Assembly (NCBI GenBank): GCA_964016885.1
Contig: OZ024751.1
Location: 45,694,001-45,758,000 of the forward strand
Length of the DNA stretch: 64,000 bases
Source: Eledone cirrhosa
Lineage: Eukaryota
Reading direction: 5' to 3'
The notes below the pieces were generated by a model. The model saw only the letters and a list, made by a program, of their open reading frames with translations. It made no database searches and was not told where the DNA came from. Made by a program: the position numbers and the translations under genes. Of the stretch, positions 23,020-37,081 are shown one piece after another (the stretch's first letter is position 1; each line of letters begins with the position of its first letter).

Positions 23020-25624
23020 CATAAAAGGTACAAATAAGATATACACAGGTAACACAGAAGTAGCTACAGATAAGATATACACAGGTAACACAGAAGTAGC
23101 TACAGATAAGATATACACAGGTAACACAGAAGTAGCTACAGATGAGATATTATACACAGGTAACACAGAAGTAGCTACAGACGAGATATTATACACAGGT
23201 AACACAGAAGTAGCTTCAGACGAGATATTATACACAGGTAACACAGAAGTAGCTACAGACGAGATATTATACACAGGTAACACAGAAGTAGCTACAGACG
23301 AGATATTATACACAGGTAACACAGAAGTAGCTACAGACGAGATATTATACACAGGTAACACAGGAGTAGCTACAGACGATATATTATACACAGGTAACAC
23401 AGAAGTAGCTTCAGACGAGATATTATACACAGGTAACACAGAAGTAGCTACAGACGAGATATTATACACAGGTAACACAGGAGTAGCTACAGACGAGATA
23501 TTATACACAGGTAACACAGAAGTAGTTACAGACGAGATATTATACACAGGTAACATAGAAGTAGCTACAGACGAGATATTATACACAGGTAACACAGAAG
23601 TAGTTACAGACGAGATATTATACACAGGTAACACAGAAGTAGCTACAGACGAGATATTATACACAGGTAACAGAGGAGTAGCTACAGACTAGATATTATA
23701 CACAGGTAATACAGAAGAAACTACAGATGTGATAATATACTCAGGTAACACAGAAGTAGTTACAGACGAGATATTATACACAGGTAACACAGAAGTAGCT
23801 ACAGACGAGATATTATACACAGGTAACACAGAAGTAGCTACAGACGAGATATTATACACAGGTAACACAGAAGTAGTTACAGACGAGATATTATACACAG
23901 GTAACACAGAAGTAGCTACAGACGAGATATTATACACAGGTAACAGAGGAGTAGCTACAGACTAGATATTATACACAGGTAATACAGAAGAAACTACAGA
24001 TGTGATAATATACTCAGGTAACACAGAAGTAGTTACAGACGAGATATTATACACAGGTAACACAGAAGTAGCTACAGACGAGATATTATACACAGGTAAC
24101 ACAGAAGTAGCTACAGACGAGATATTATACACAGGTAACACAGAAGTAGTTACAGACGAGATATTATACACAGGTAACACAGAAGTAGCTACAGACGAGA
24201 TATTATACACAGGTAACAGAGGAGTAGCTACAGACTAGATATTATACACAGGTAATACAGAAGAAACTACAGATGTGATAATATACTCAGGTAACACAGA
24301 AGTAGTTACAGACGAGATATTATACACAGGTAACACAGAAGTAGCTACAGACGAGATATTATACACAGGTAACACAGAAGTAGCTACAGACGAGATATTA
24401 TACACAGGTAACACAGAAGTAGTTACAGACGAGATATTATACACAGGTAACACAGAAGTAGCTACAGACGAGATATTATACACAGGTAACACAGAAGTAG
24501 CTACAGACGAGATATTATACACAGGTAACACAGGAGTAGCTACAGACGATATATTATACACAGGTAACACAGAAGTAGCTTCAGACGAGATATTATACAC
24601 AGGTAACACAGAAGTAGCTACAGACGAGATATTATACACAGGTAACACAGGAGTAGCTACAGACGAGATATTATACACAGGTAACACAGAAGTAGTTACA
24701 GACGAGATATTATACACAGGTAACATAGAAGTAGCTACAGACGAGATATTATACACAGGTAACACAGAAGTAGTTACAGACGAGATATTATACACAGGTA
24801 ACACAGAAGTAGCTACAGACGAGATATTATACACAGGTAACAGAGGAGTAGCTACAGACTAGATATTATACACAGGTAATACAGAAGAAACTACAGATGT
24901 GATAATATACTCAGGTAACACAGAAGTAGTTACAGACGAGATATTATACACAGGTAACACAGAAGTAGCTACAGACGAGATATTATACACAGGTAACACA
25001 GAAGTAGCTACAGACGAGATATTATACACAGGTAACACAGAAGTAGCTACAGACGAGATATTATACACAGGTAATACAGAAGTAGCTACAGACGAGATAT
25101 TATACACAGGTAACAGAGGAGTAGCTACAGACGAGATATTATACACAGGTAATACAGAAGAAACTACAGATGTGATAATATACTCAGGTAACACAGAAGT
25201 AGTTACAGACGAGATATTATACACAGGTAACACAGAAGTAGGTACAGACGAGATATTATACACAGGTAACACAGGAGTAGTTACAGACGAGATATTATAC
25301 ACAGGTAACACAGAAGTAGCTACAGACGAGATATTATACACAGGTAACACAGAAGTAGCTACATACGAGATATTATACACAGGTAATACAGAAGAAACTA
25401 CAGATGTGATAATATACTCAGGTAACATAGAAGTAGCTACAGACGAGATATTATACACAGGTAACACAGAAGTAGCTACAGACGAGATATTATACACAGG
25501 TAACATAGAAGTAGCTACAGACGAGATATTATACACAGGTAACACAGAAGTAGCTACAGACGAGATATTATACACAGGTAATACAGAAGAAACTACAGAC
25601 GAGATATTATACACAAGTAACACA
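23020..25624. repeat. 39-bp minisatellite array (~2.6 kb, roughly 66 units) with higher-order structure
   Basis: Unit acacaggtaacacagaagtagctacagacgagatattat. A variant block (agaggag...gactag...aatacagaagaaactacagatgtgataatatactc) recurs at 273-bp (7-unit) and 624-bp (16-unit) spacing. Confidence 0.97.
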
Positions 25625-25862
25625 TGGCTGCTGTTAACTTGACATGATGGGTTCAATTCCTACTTGATTCTCTCATTATATTCCTATCTCTCATTCCCTG
25701 CTTATTTATGTAAGGTATCTTTGGATGTTTCTCTCTCTTCCTCTCTTACACACACACACACACACACATATATTTATAGCTATCCATCTGCCTTCCTCTC
25801 TCTCACATTATATATAGCTATCTATCTGTCTTCCCCTCTCTTACACATTATATATGTTTGTT

Positions 25863-25928
<66 letters not shown>

Positions 25929-26585
25929 TTTAGCTTGGAATCTGTCTCTCTATGTTTGTCAATCTTTATTTATCTATCCATCCATCCATCTGAAAAGTTA
26001 AAAAAAAAATCCTACCACATTAATTACACACACACACACATTCATACATACATGTCCATATATTTATATATACATACATATATACCCATATATATACACA
26101 CAGTAGAGAGCGGGGGGAAGGGGGCACAAAGCCATTCAGATAGTTTGGAACACATCACCATATTTGCATATTTTTTTCATCAAAATCTTAAAAACAACAA
26201 CCCCAAATCATAAATAGGTAAATAAAATAACATATAAGCTGAACATCCACCCCAGAGCCCCTACTCCTGTACTTTATGTAACCTCCTCCTCCTCCTAATA
26301 AAGGGCAAACAAAATTTACACTCAAACCACTAAACTCATCACCCCCAAACCCACCCAGTTCCCTCATTGCACCGAGAATGAATAATTTGAAGAGATGTTC
26401 CTGGTAATTTGGCTGAGAATTGGAAAAAATAATATTTGTATGTGTTTACGTGTACCTATATGTACATTATATATATATATGTGTATATATGTATATATAT
26501 ATTACATATTTGTACATATATATGAACACGTCTACATATACATATAAACACATGTATACATATGTACATATATATTCATATGTGC

Positions 26586-26632
<47 letters not shown>

Positions 26633-26759
26633 TATATATACATATGTACACATGTACATATATGCATATATATACATACATATATTCCCTTGCAAGCAGG
26701 GAAGTGCGGACGTAAAATGGTGATGATAATGATGATGATGATGATGTACACATGTACAC

Positions 26760-26796
<37 letters not shown>

Positions 26797-29345
26797 TATA
26801 TATATATATATACACATATGTACAGATGTACATATATATATATACACACACACTAACAACAATAACAAAAGGAACATTATATGTTAAATAAAAAAAATAA
26901 CAAAGCTCAGTCAATTAGAATTAGAATGATGAAGATGAGGCAGGAGGGATAGATAGGCTTGTGGTAATCACAACAAGGTGTTACTTTTAACAGGGGTGGA
27001 GGGGCTTTTAGAAAACAATTTTGTAATATCAGTCCACTTTCCAACTATCCCACCATACACCCTGCTCCATTTTCCAGCTTTTCCTTCTGTTTTTCCTTCT
27101 CCCCTGCTGTCTCTTTGGCGTTAACACCCCCACCACCTTGCTTCCATCACAGTACAAGACACCACCACCACCGCCACTGCTATCTTACACCCTCTCTCTC
27201 TCTCTCCTCCATCATGTTCCATGAGCCCCAGCATCACCACTGCTATCCTACATCACCCCTATTACCCCATATCCCACTTCTCCATCATGCTCCAAGACAC
27301 CCCACTTCCACCCACCTACTTCATCCACTCCACCTCCACAACTACTTATTCTACTTCACCCCCCCCCCCCCCCCCCCCCCCTCCACCAAGCTCCACCACC
27401 ACCACTGTTATTCTATGTCACTCCCTCCCCCCTCCACCAAGCTCCACCACCACCACTGTTATACTACGTCACCCCCCCCCCCCCAACCAAGCACCACCAC
27501 CATCACTGCTATACTATGTCCCCCCCCCCCTCAACCAAGCACCACCACCACCACACTGCTATCCTACTTCACTCCACCTCCATCAAACTCAAAGACACTC
27601 CACCTCCACTGCTATCATATTGAGGGTGGGGCTTCTGTCTTCATGTGTTCTTCTTAATAATCATCTTCTTCACCCCCCCCCCGCCACTCTGTCTCCCCCC
27701 ACCCCCTTTACCACCACCACCTCTTTAAGTCAGCAGAAATTCCAAGAAGTGGACACCCACCCTTTCCAAACATCATCAGAAGGGGTGAGAGGGTAGTATT
27801 GGTAGTGGTGGTGAGATGAGGGTGTAACTAGAAGGGTGGGAGGGGTGGTGCTGGTGGTGATGAAGAAGATAAGGTACCAGATTTATTTATTTTTTTATCC
27901 CATATTTATTTAATTTTAATATTTTACTTCTGTTTTCTTTTCCTCCTCCCCTCCACTCCACCCCTTTATTAATTAATTTGTTTTATTGTTTGATTTGTTA
28001 TTTTATCTTAGTTTTCATGTTTCTTACAAAGACACATGTAATATCTTATAGGTATATACATACATATAGGTATATACATAGATATAGGTATATACATAGA
28101 TATAGGTATATACATACATATAGGTATATCCATAGATATAGGTATATACATAGATACACAATGAACCATAGGTACATACATACATATGCATATACATACA
28201 TATGTAATAGGTACATATATACATACATACATACTTAACACATAAGTACACACACATATATATATATATATATAAATACTTAACACATAAGTACATATAT
28301 AAATATATACATATATGCACACATAAATACATACGTAATAACACAGATACATACATACGTTCACACTAGACCACATACATATATACGTATGTAACAACAT
28401 ATATGCATACAGCAATACATACAACCATATATTTTTATGTAACAACAACACATAGATACATAGACACATACATACTTACAACAGCACATACTTATATACA
28501 TACACACAACCACAACACACCACACCTTGATTTATGCTGCTCTGATAAAAAGATGGAGAGGTGAGGTGAGGTGGGGTGGAGTTGAAAAAATTAACATTAT
28601 TTATTTATTTTAGAATGAAATGTTGGCAAATGTTTGCTGATTCAAAAGTTGAATACAACTGATTCAGCCACCTCTTATTCCCCTTCTCCTCACATCCACT
28701 TCACTACATCTACCAATGCTGCTACCCCTCTCCCCCACACCATCAACACTAATACATCCCCACCCACCTACTTCTTTCATCCATGATGTTTTCCTCACAT
28801 CACCCAGTTCTTCCTTCTCACTAGTCCAACATCCACTGCATCACCTAGCCACCCACCCCAACTCACTCCTCCATCACCACCATGAATACTATCATCACAC
28901 ATTTCCTCACTACATCACCACATATGTTTCCACTACATCACCACAACATGTCCTCATTACCACACAACATCACCACACAACATGTCCTCATTACCACACA
29001 TGTCCTCATTATCACACAACATCGTCACATATGTTCTCACTACACCACATGTTCTCATTACCACACTACATCATCAGGCACACATGTCCTCACTACAATA
29101 CAAAATCTCTTTACACACTGACACATATGAGAGGTCGTATGAACAAGCCCCCAATAAGCAGAAACCTGGTCCAGTCATTCTTGGAGAATGTCAAAAACCA
29201 CCAAATTCTAGGCAGCAGATAACCATCTTGGAACACAGATATTGATGAGGAAATCCAACACTGGATAACATGTCCTGGGCTAACCTTTGGCCACCTTAGA
29301 AGTTATGTTAGGTGTATAGAGAACATGATTTGAATCAAACAACCT

Positions 29346-29585
29346 AACTTCTTGTGTATAAGACAGTTGTAGCTACTCTCTTGTATAATGTCATGCTAGA
29401 TACCACTGTATTTTATTTGAGACAAACAACTTAACTTCTTGTGTAAGACAGCTGTAGCTACTCTCTTGTATAATGTCATGCTAGATACCGCTATATTTTA
29501 TTTGAGACAAACAACTTAACTTCTTGTGTATAAGACAGTTGTAGTCACTCTCTTGTATAATATCATACTAGACACCTCTATATTT
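29346..29585. repeat. Three tandem ~86-bp copies
   Basis: aacttcttgtgt(at)aagacag...tgtataatgtcatgctagatacc starts at 29346, 29433 and 29518. Confidence 0.85.
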
Positions 29586-30231
29586 TTTTGATGGCCATAG
29601 CTTTGACCATAGGCCTTAATGATCCGGCAGACCTGAGCTTAAACAACAATTAAACAATTACACACTTTGATGTGACAAAGATTACAATTTATCAAACTAA
29701 ATTGCTAGCAAGGGAAACTGATGATGGTGGTGGCAGTAGTGGTGGCTACATTTTACTTAGTTTAATCTCTGACCCTCATCAGGTGTCATATTACTGGATG
29801 TGTATATAGTACCTGACTAGATTTTGAACTAGGAACTTTTAATTGTAACTTAGAGGTAATTAAATTAAGTCTGCCCCAAGCCCAGAGGCTGATCAGAATA
29901 GAGCTTATCCTGGTTTCACTGGCATTGAGCAACTGAGAGTATAAGGCAATAATAAATCCAACTGTAACTACTCTTAAAAATATTAAGTTAGTTAAAGAGT
30001 GTAGGAGATGTGTAGGTGGCCTTAACCACTAGGCCATGTGCCTTTACTAGCTGTAACTGTACTCTAGATATACTCAGTCAGTAAAAGAGAGCAGCACTTA
30101 GGAGATGTGCAGGTGGATGTCTTGTTCCCTTGTTATCAACATACCCAGCTGTAATTGTACTCTAGATACATTCTCAGCTAAAGATGGCTGACTTTAGGAG
30201 ATGTGTAGGTGACTGGTGACTGTTCACTTAC

Positions 30232-30282
30232 CAATAGCTCTGTAGACATTCTGTCTTCCTGGTCATCCATGTCGGCTTCATT
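30232..30282 (-). CDS. Candidate upstream exon of the SOBP-like gene (51 nt, ends phase 0): NEADMDDQEDRMSTELL; possible start codon in gacATGg
   Basis: Minus strand tttctgttatatttccag|AATGAA...CTATTG|gtaagt has canonical sites. It is open and in frame with the next two exons, and the ATG is in a good context. Confidence 0.55.
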
Positions 30283-30529
30283 CTGGAAATATAACAGAAA
30301 AATATTTCATCAAATTTGAACAAGCTAAAAGAACAATGAGAAGGACTCTGGTTATATAGATGACAATGGTTATGATATAATGGGACAGTGGTTTATATAT
30401 ATGTAGGACAATGGTTATGATATAATGGAACAGTGGTTATATATATATGTAGGACAATGGTTATGATATAATGGGACATTATATATATAGCCACAGGGGT
30501 AGTGTACTTATTCGAAACCAGATACACAC

Positions 30530-31045
30530 TGGGATATGGTGTACCTATTATAAACCAGATAGGGATATGGTGTACCTATTATAAACCAGATAGGGATATA
30601 GTGTACCTATTATAAACCAGATAGGGATATAGTGTACCTATTCTAAACCAGATAGGGATATGGTGTACCTATTATAAACCAGATAGGGATATAGTGTACC
30701 TATTATAAACCAGATAGGGATATAGTGTACCTATTATAAACCAGATAGGGATATAGTGTACCTATTATAAACCAGATAGGGATATAGTGTACCTATTATA
30801 AACCAGATAGGGATATGGTGTACCTATTATAAACCAGATAGGGATATAGTGTACCTATTATAAACCAGATAGGGATATAGTGTACCTATTCTAAACCAGA
30901 TAGGGATATGGTGTACCTATTATAAACCAGATAGGGATATAGTGTACCTATTATAAACCAGATACACACAGGGATAGGGTGTACCTATTATAAACCAGAC
31001 ACACAGAGGGATACTGTGTACCTATTGTAAGCTAGATACACACAG
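30530..31045. repeat. 31-bp minisatellite
   Basis: Unit gggatat(a/g)gtgtacctattataaaccagata, about 14-16 copies. Confidence 0.95.
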
Positions 31046-31433
31046 AAGAATATTATATTATGTACACATAATATATACATTCAGCATGCACACATACATA
31101 TATACGTAATGATGATGATGCTAATGATGATAGTGATGTTGATGGAGATGATAGTAATGATAATGTTGATGGTGATAATGGTGATAGTGTTGGTAATGAT
31201 AATGATGATGATGATGATGATAGTGTTGGTGGTAATGATGATGATGATGGTGATGGCGATAATGATGATGATGGTGTTGATGATGATAGATAATCCAGAC
31301 AATGAGTCAAGCTGAAGAGAAACAAAAGTGAACAATCTCTAAAATTTTAAACAATTAAATTAACCCAAAACAAAGAAAAACAACAGTCAAGATAGGAGTG
31401 GGGTGATTAAAACATTACATGAACACAGACATC

Positions 31434-31485
<52 letters not shown>

Positions 31486-31505
31486 CATATATATATATAT
31501 ATATA

Positions 31506-31924
31506 CAATGATATTAAATAAATGGAAACTATATTTATAAAACCATATTTATTCTATTATATCTATTTCAAGGGTACCAAAAACTTTGGTATGCTTTCAT
31601 CAGATAAAATACAAAGTGTGTTTTATAAATTTTGACATAGCCAAGGAACATACCTTATCAGTTGAATTTTCGTTCAACTGATAAGTTATGTTCCTTGGCT
31701 ATGTCAAAATTTATAAAACACACTTTGTATTTTATCTGATGAAAGCGTACCAAAGTTTTTGGTACCCTTGAAATAGATATAATAGAATAAATATGGTTTT
31801 ATAAATATAGTTTCCATTTATTTAATATCATTGAATATTTACTCCAGAAATCTGTCGAGTGCTCTGAATCAGTTATAAACATTTATATTTGTTGAATTTC
31901 CAACAAATTAAATATCCCTTTTGC
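31506..31924 (+). mobile_element. Fold-back Penelope-like element: ~160-bp inverted arms (31506-31833) plus ~90-bp 3' tail, flanked by (TA)n
   Basis: Near-perfect palindrome centred on cagttgaa-ttttcg-ttcaactg. Arms and tail are homologous to the element at 43048-43520, which is in opposite orientation. Confidence 0.75.
31728..31789 (+). ncRNA. Minimal type I hammerhead ribozyme motif (mirror copy on minus strand at 31550-31611)
   Basis: Stem I TATTTTAT / ATAGAATA; core CTGATGA (31736); stem II AAG(C)GTACCAAA...TTTGGTAC(C)CTT; GAAA (31770); minimal stem III TAGATA; TA cleavage site after 31781. Confidence 0.7.
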
Positions 31925-32256
31925 TTATATATATATGTATATATATATATATACACACACATGCACAGACATGCATGCAGTCACATAGAGACAACTACAT
32001 ATGTATATATATATATATATATACAGACATGCATGCAGTCACATAGAGACAACTACATATTTATATATATATACACATGCATGCACACACACAGACATAC
32101 AGTCACACACAGACAACTATATATTTATATATATCATCATCACCGTTTTACGTTCATTCTTCCACGCTAGCATGGGTTAGACAGGTTGACCTGTTGTGGG
32201 CAGTGCCAGGTCGGGTGACCTTGTCTTGCTCATACACAAATGCATGTAGACACACA

Positions 32257-32302
<46 letters not shown>

Positions 32303-32374
32303 TGCAGACACATGTATAAACATACAGACTAACATATAGAAGCAAATATATCCACTCACATACATAATCATCAT

Positions 32375-32995
32375 AGATTGGCAGTATCGGTGGAGGGTCG
32401 GACGCCATGCTTTCCAGCATAGTTACATCCCTTTACGATCTGAGTTCAAATCCCGCCGAGGTTGACTTTGCCTTTCATCCTTACGGGGTCGATAAAATAA
32501 AGTACCAGTAAGGCACTGGGTAATTGCTGGCCTTGTGCCTAAAGTAGAAACAATTATTATATTCTAGGGCAGTGGATTGACAGTATCGGTAGAGGGTCAG
32601 ACGCCATGCTTTGATGCATAGAGTTACGGCCCTTGCCATTCTGAGTTCAAATCCCACCGAGGTCAACTTTGCCTTTCGTCCTTACGGGGTCGATAAAATA
32701 AAGTACCAGTAATCATCATCATCATCATCATCATCATCACCGTTTTACGTTCGTTCTTCCACGCTGGCCTTGTGCCAAAAGTAGAAACAATTATATTCTC
32801 CTTCCTCGGTGGATTGGCAGTATCGGTAGAGGGTCGGACGCCATGCTTTGAGGCATAGAGTTACGGCCCTTTCCAATCTGAATTCAAATCCCTCCGAGGT
32901 TAACTTTGCCTTTCGTCCTTACGGGGTCAATAAAATAAAGTACCAGTAATACACTGAGTAATTGCTGGCCTTGTGCCAAAAGTAGAAACAATTAT
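32375..32995 (+). mobile_element. Cluster of three tandem SINE A copies, the second interrupted by an antisense RTE-type tail fragment (~32712-32765)
   Basis: Three repeats of gattggcagtatcggt-gagggtcggacgccatgc...ggggtc(g/a)ataaaataaagtaccagtaa...agtagaaacaatt. Confidence 0.85.
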
Positions 32996-34215
32996 TATAT
33001 TCTCCCTCCTCTTACTACCAACCACCACATCATTCCATACACACAATCATCAGTCACCACACATTGAATATCCATATTGTTGTACCAACACCCTCACACC
33101 TCTACATGTGCACACAGACACACCATTGCTATAGTAACACGTGTGTGTCCGTGTCAGTGTATGCGTGTATGTGTCAGTGTGTGAGTGTGTATGTCCATGT
33201 TAATCTATGTATGTTTGTGTCCACGTCAGTATGTATGTAGGTGTGTTTTAATGTCAGTGCATATGTGCGTGTATGTGTGTGTGTGTATTTCAGTGTGTGT
33301 GTCTACCCTCATCCACTACCACCACCACTAATGCCTTGATCACTACCACCACCACCACAATCACCACCCACACCACATCCACAATCACAATCACCATCAT
33401 AACCACCACCACCACCACGAAAGTGATATCAAGGTTTTCAAGGAAACTTTATAACAGTCAGAAAAGACAAACATACAAAAAAATTAATTGAAACTTTATC
33501 TGCTGCATACATAACAGAAATGTGTGTGCATGTGTGTGTGTATATATATATATGTGTGTGTGTACACACACATATATACATATACTTATACATGTCACTC
33601 TCTCTCTCCCCCTCTCTCTCTCTCTCCTGTCAAGAAATGGACTTCTTAACACCCAAGTCTCATTGGTAATTAGAGAACCACTGGTAAACTACATATGGTA
33701 TTAAACACACACTGACACACCAACACACACACACACACACTGACACACACCCACAACACAAACAATAAAACAATGTAAGACAAACACAGAGACACAATAT
33801 ATGTAAGGCACACACACACACACACGCACACACACGACAATACAACTTTGCACCCACATACATACCTATGAGAAAACACTTCATACACACACCAGACACA
33901 CACACATACCTACGACAAAATACAGATACAATGTCACACACATACAGGAGTGTCTGAATGTGGTCAAGAACCTGTTAGAAATATGAGCCAAATCTTTCCT
34001 CAATCATACTCCACTAGGATACATTAAACAATTTAGTCCCTGATAATGAAAAAAAAAAAAGAAGAGATGGTCACTTGTGGAATACCTTTAATTATATGTC
34101 TACTCAAGATGAACTGACCTGAAACTCAACAAACAACACATTATTTTATAAACTTTGTTATTGGAGTGGACAACGTGTGTGTGGGAGGAAGGATATAACG
34201 ACACAAAAACATTTT

Positions 34216-34568
34216 GTACTGGTGTGGCCCTCTCTCTCAAGTACAGTACTGGTGTGGCCCTCTCTCTCTCAAGTACCAACCCAGTATTGGTGTTGCCCTC
34301 TCTCTCAAGTACCAACCCAGTATTGGTGTTGCCCTCTCTCTCAAGTACCAAGATAGTACTGGTGTGGCCTTCTCTCTCTCAAGTACCAACCCAGTACTGG
34401 TGTTGCCCTCTCTCTCAAGTACCAAGCTAGTACTGGTGTGGCCCTCTCTCTCAAGTACCAACCTAGTATTGGTGTTGCCCTCTCTCTCAAGTACCAACCC
34501 AGTACTGGTGTGGCCCTCTCTCTCTCAAGTACCAACCCAGTATTTGTGTAGCCCTCTCTTGAGTACCT
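34216..34568. repeat. ~35-37-bp minisatellite with variable (ct)n core
   Basis: gtactggtgt(g/t)gccctctctctcaagtaccaacccag, about 10 copies. Confidence 0.9.
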
Positions 34569-35020
34569 TCCCACTACATACAACCAAGTCATCTTCAGCT
34601 GTGAGTTGTGAGTGATGGCTGCAGTGGTAGTGGTAGTATAGAGTGAGATTTGAGGGGAGGTTCAGCTGCTACTTCTAGATGGTCAAATGACCATATTGAG
34701 GATTATTCCTTAGTTTAAAATACATGTGGCTACAGTTAAACTGTTTATAGCTTAAATTCTAGAATCACCACTGGAGGTTCAAGTATTAGCTGTGTGTGTG
34801 TGTGTGTGGGGTGTGTGGGGTGTGGGTGTGTGTGTGTGTGTGCGTGCGTTTGTGCATCCACATAAAAAAAAACACACACAGACATATCCACACACACACA
34901 GAGTTGCAAAGTAAGAACCTCCAGAACATTCCGAACATTCCATTTGAAATAGTTGAAATAATTGAAATCTTTCTTGAAAATTCCTTTACACTATTTGGCT
35001 ATATAAATTGATGACATATT

Positions 35021-35530
35021 CAGGGTGGGTGGAAAGAAACTATCTGTTGAAAATTACTTATAACTTTTGGCCTACTGTGACCACTTAGAACATCAATGAG
35101 CTCATATTCATGCAAGATAGGGCTCTTCATTTTATATGTACAGTACATGTGTGGTTTGATGCCCAATTTCCAGGACATTGGCTGGGTCATCGAGAGCCAC
35201 ATGAATAGCCAACAAGAAGCCCTGACTTAATGCCATATGAATTTTTTTTTCCTTTGGGAATGGGTGAAGGAAGAAGTTTATAACTCAAACTCAAAACTAA
35301 CTCAATTGAAGGAACATACCCCCTGAGTTCCTGATGAAGTCAGTCGAGGATATATCTGGATGATTACAAACACTGGTGGACAATCCTGGTGCCTATGTAG
35401 AATTTTAACACTGTACTGTACTTCTTTCTATCATTGACTGTTCAAAATAAAACATGTTTTGTGAAAATCGACCAATAATTAATTAAATTATTAACAATTT
35501 TAAATAGGGAGTTTCCTTCCACCCACCCTA
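35021..35530 (+). mobile_element. Internally deleted Tc1/mariner element retaining a decayed transposase C-terminus
   Basis: TIRs CAGGGTGGGTGGAAAGAAACT and AGTTTCCTTCCACCCACCCTA. The interior encodes degenerate PTRSPDL..EFF.LWEWVKEEVY and ...LVDNPGAYVEF*. Confidence 0.75.
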
Positions 35531-37013
35531 TATATCTATTTTATACATATGTATGTGTGTGTGTATGTGTGTTGAAGTCACTGTCAACAGTTTATAATAA
35601 ATATTAGATTCTACACATGAACTGAGTATGGTATTCAATTGATTCTCAGTCTTTTTACACATTTAAAACACACACACACTCTCTCTGACATGTTTCTTCA
35701 AATATACATATATTCAAATGGACAGAAAAAAACGAAGGTAGACAAATAGAGAGAGAGAGAGGGAGAGAGAGACCAGTGATTAGGTAAACATATATAAGTA
35801 GAGAAACAGCTGGAGTGACAGAGAAGGTGGAATAGATATGAGGGGATAAGGAAGTAGAGTTGTTAAGATATTAAACCTGTTTAGCTGTCAACAGAGGTGG
35901 AGCCATCCTTCAACAGACATAACTATCCATGTTGACTGTCAACAGAGGTGGAACCAGTCCTCTACAGACATAACTTACCTTTATCCATTGCCCTTAGGTG
36001 AAATAGTAAACACAACGTCATGTCAACAGTCTGTTCCATCAAGGTTTGTAGGTCATTGTTATCAATTCCAGTGTCCCTTGCTATGGTATCCAGGTAATGG
36101 AGATCTCCCACAACAAGAAGTCTGAAACCATTTCATCTTTTGTGTAGAAGCAGTGACCAGCAAACCTTGTACAGCATTTAATCAGTCATGCACTTATTTT
36201 TAGAACCAGTCCACTCCAGACATAATTACTGTTGACTGTCAACAGATGAAGAATCAGTCCACTCCAGACATTTTTGCACCAATAAGAAGGGTTGGCACAT
36301 GGAAACTGCTGGAGGAAGTAGAAAAACATAGATCAGCAGAAAGTGGAATCCAACTGCTTGAGTTGGGTATATAAACATCTGTTCTATACACACACATGTA
36401 CACATACATACATACATACACATATACAAACATAATACATACATATATTTTATATGTATATATATATATATTTCTACAAAAGCCCATTATATGTGTATGT
36501 GTTTGTGCCCATGTTTGAGTCCTGTAATTTAGCAGTTTGACAAAAGAGGGATGCATAAAATAAGTGTCCAGCTTCAGAAAAATAAGTGCAGGTATTGATA
36601 TGATCAACTAAATCAATGCAGTGCCCCAGTGTGGCCACAGACTGAAAGTGGGGAAGAATAAACGATTATGATAGTATGAATGTTATTGGTGAAGAGAAAA
36701 GGGATGATGTGTTGTTGATGACTTTACAAAGAGCATCAGTAAATATGTAAGTGGTGTGCTCCCCATGGAGTACTTGGCTTTCCTAAATGGTGTCAAGAAC
36801 GGAGCTGGGCTGGGTTTAGGAACTGTTGTTCCTCCTTATCTTTTCACACCAGATCTTCCTTAATGGTGACCTAGTCTAGGCTGCCAATGCATGCTAACAC
36901 ACACACACACACACACATTCAGCAACATACCAAATGCATACTTTGATTGAGAGAGGGAACCAGGTAGATGAAAATAATGCAGGTAGTCAGCTATATCCCT
37001 CAGTTGGTGTGTG

Positions 37014-37081
<68 letters not shown>

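Noticed and set aside
23020-25624. CRISPR-like appearance of the regular arrays (also 30.5, 34.2, 40.7 and 50.2 kb)
   Set aside because: Units are head-to-tail with no unique spacers, there are no cas genes, and the context is eukaryotic.
22909-25656. Repetitive 200-265-aa ORFs on both strands
   Set aside because: Translation of a 39-bp minisatellite with recurrent stops in variant units; no unique coding flanks.
35325-35410. Hammerhead-like CTGATGA with an apparent stem I
   Set aside because: GAAA is absent, and the segment reads as the decayed C-terminus of the Tc1/mariner transposase inside TIRs 35021-35530.
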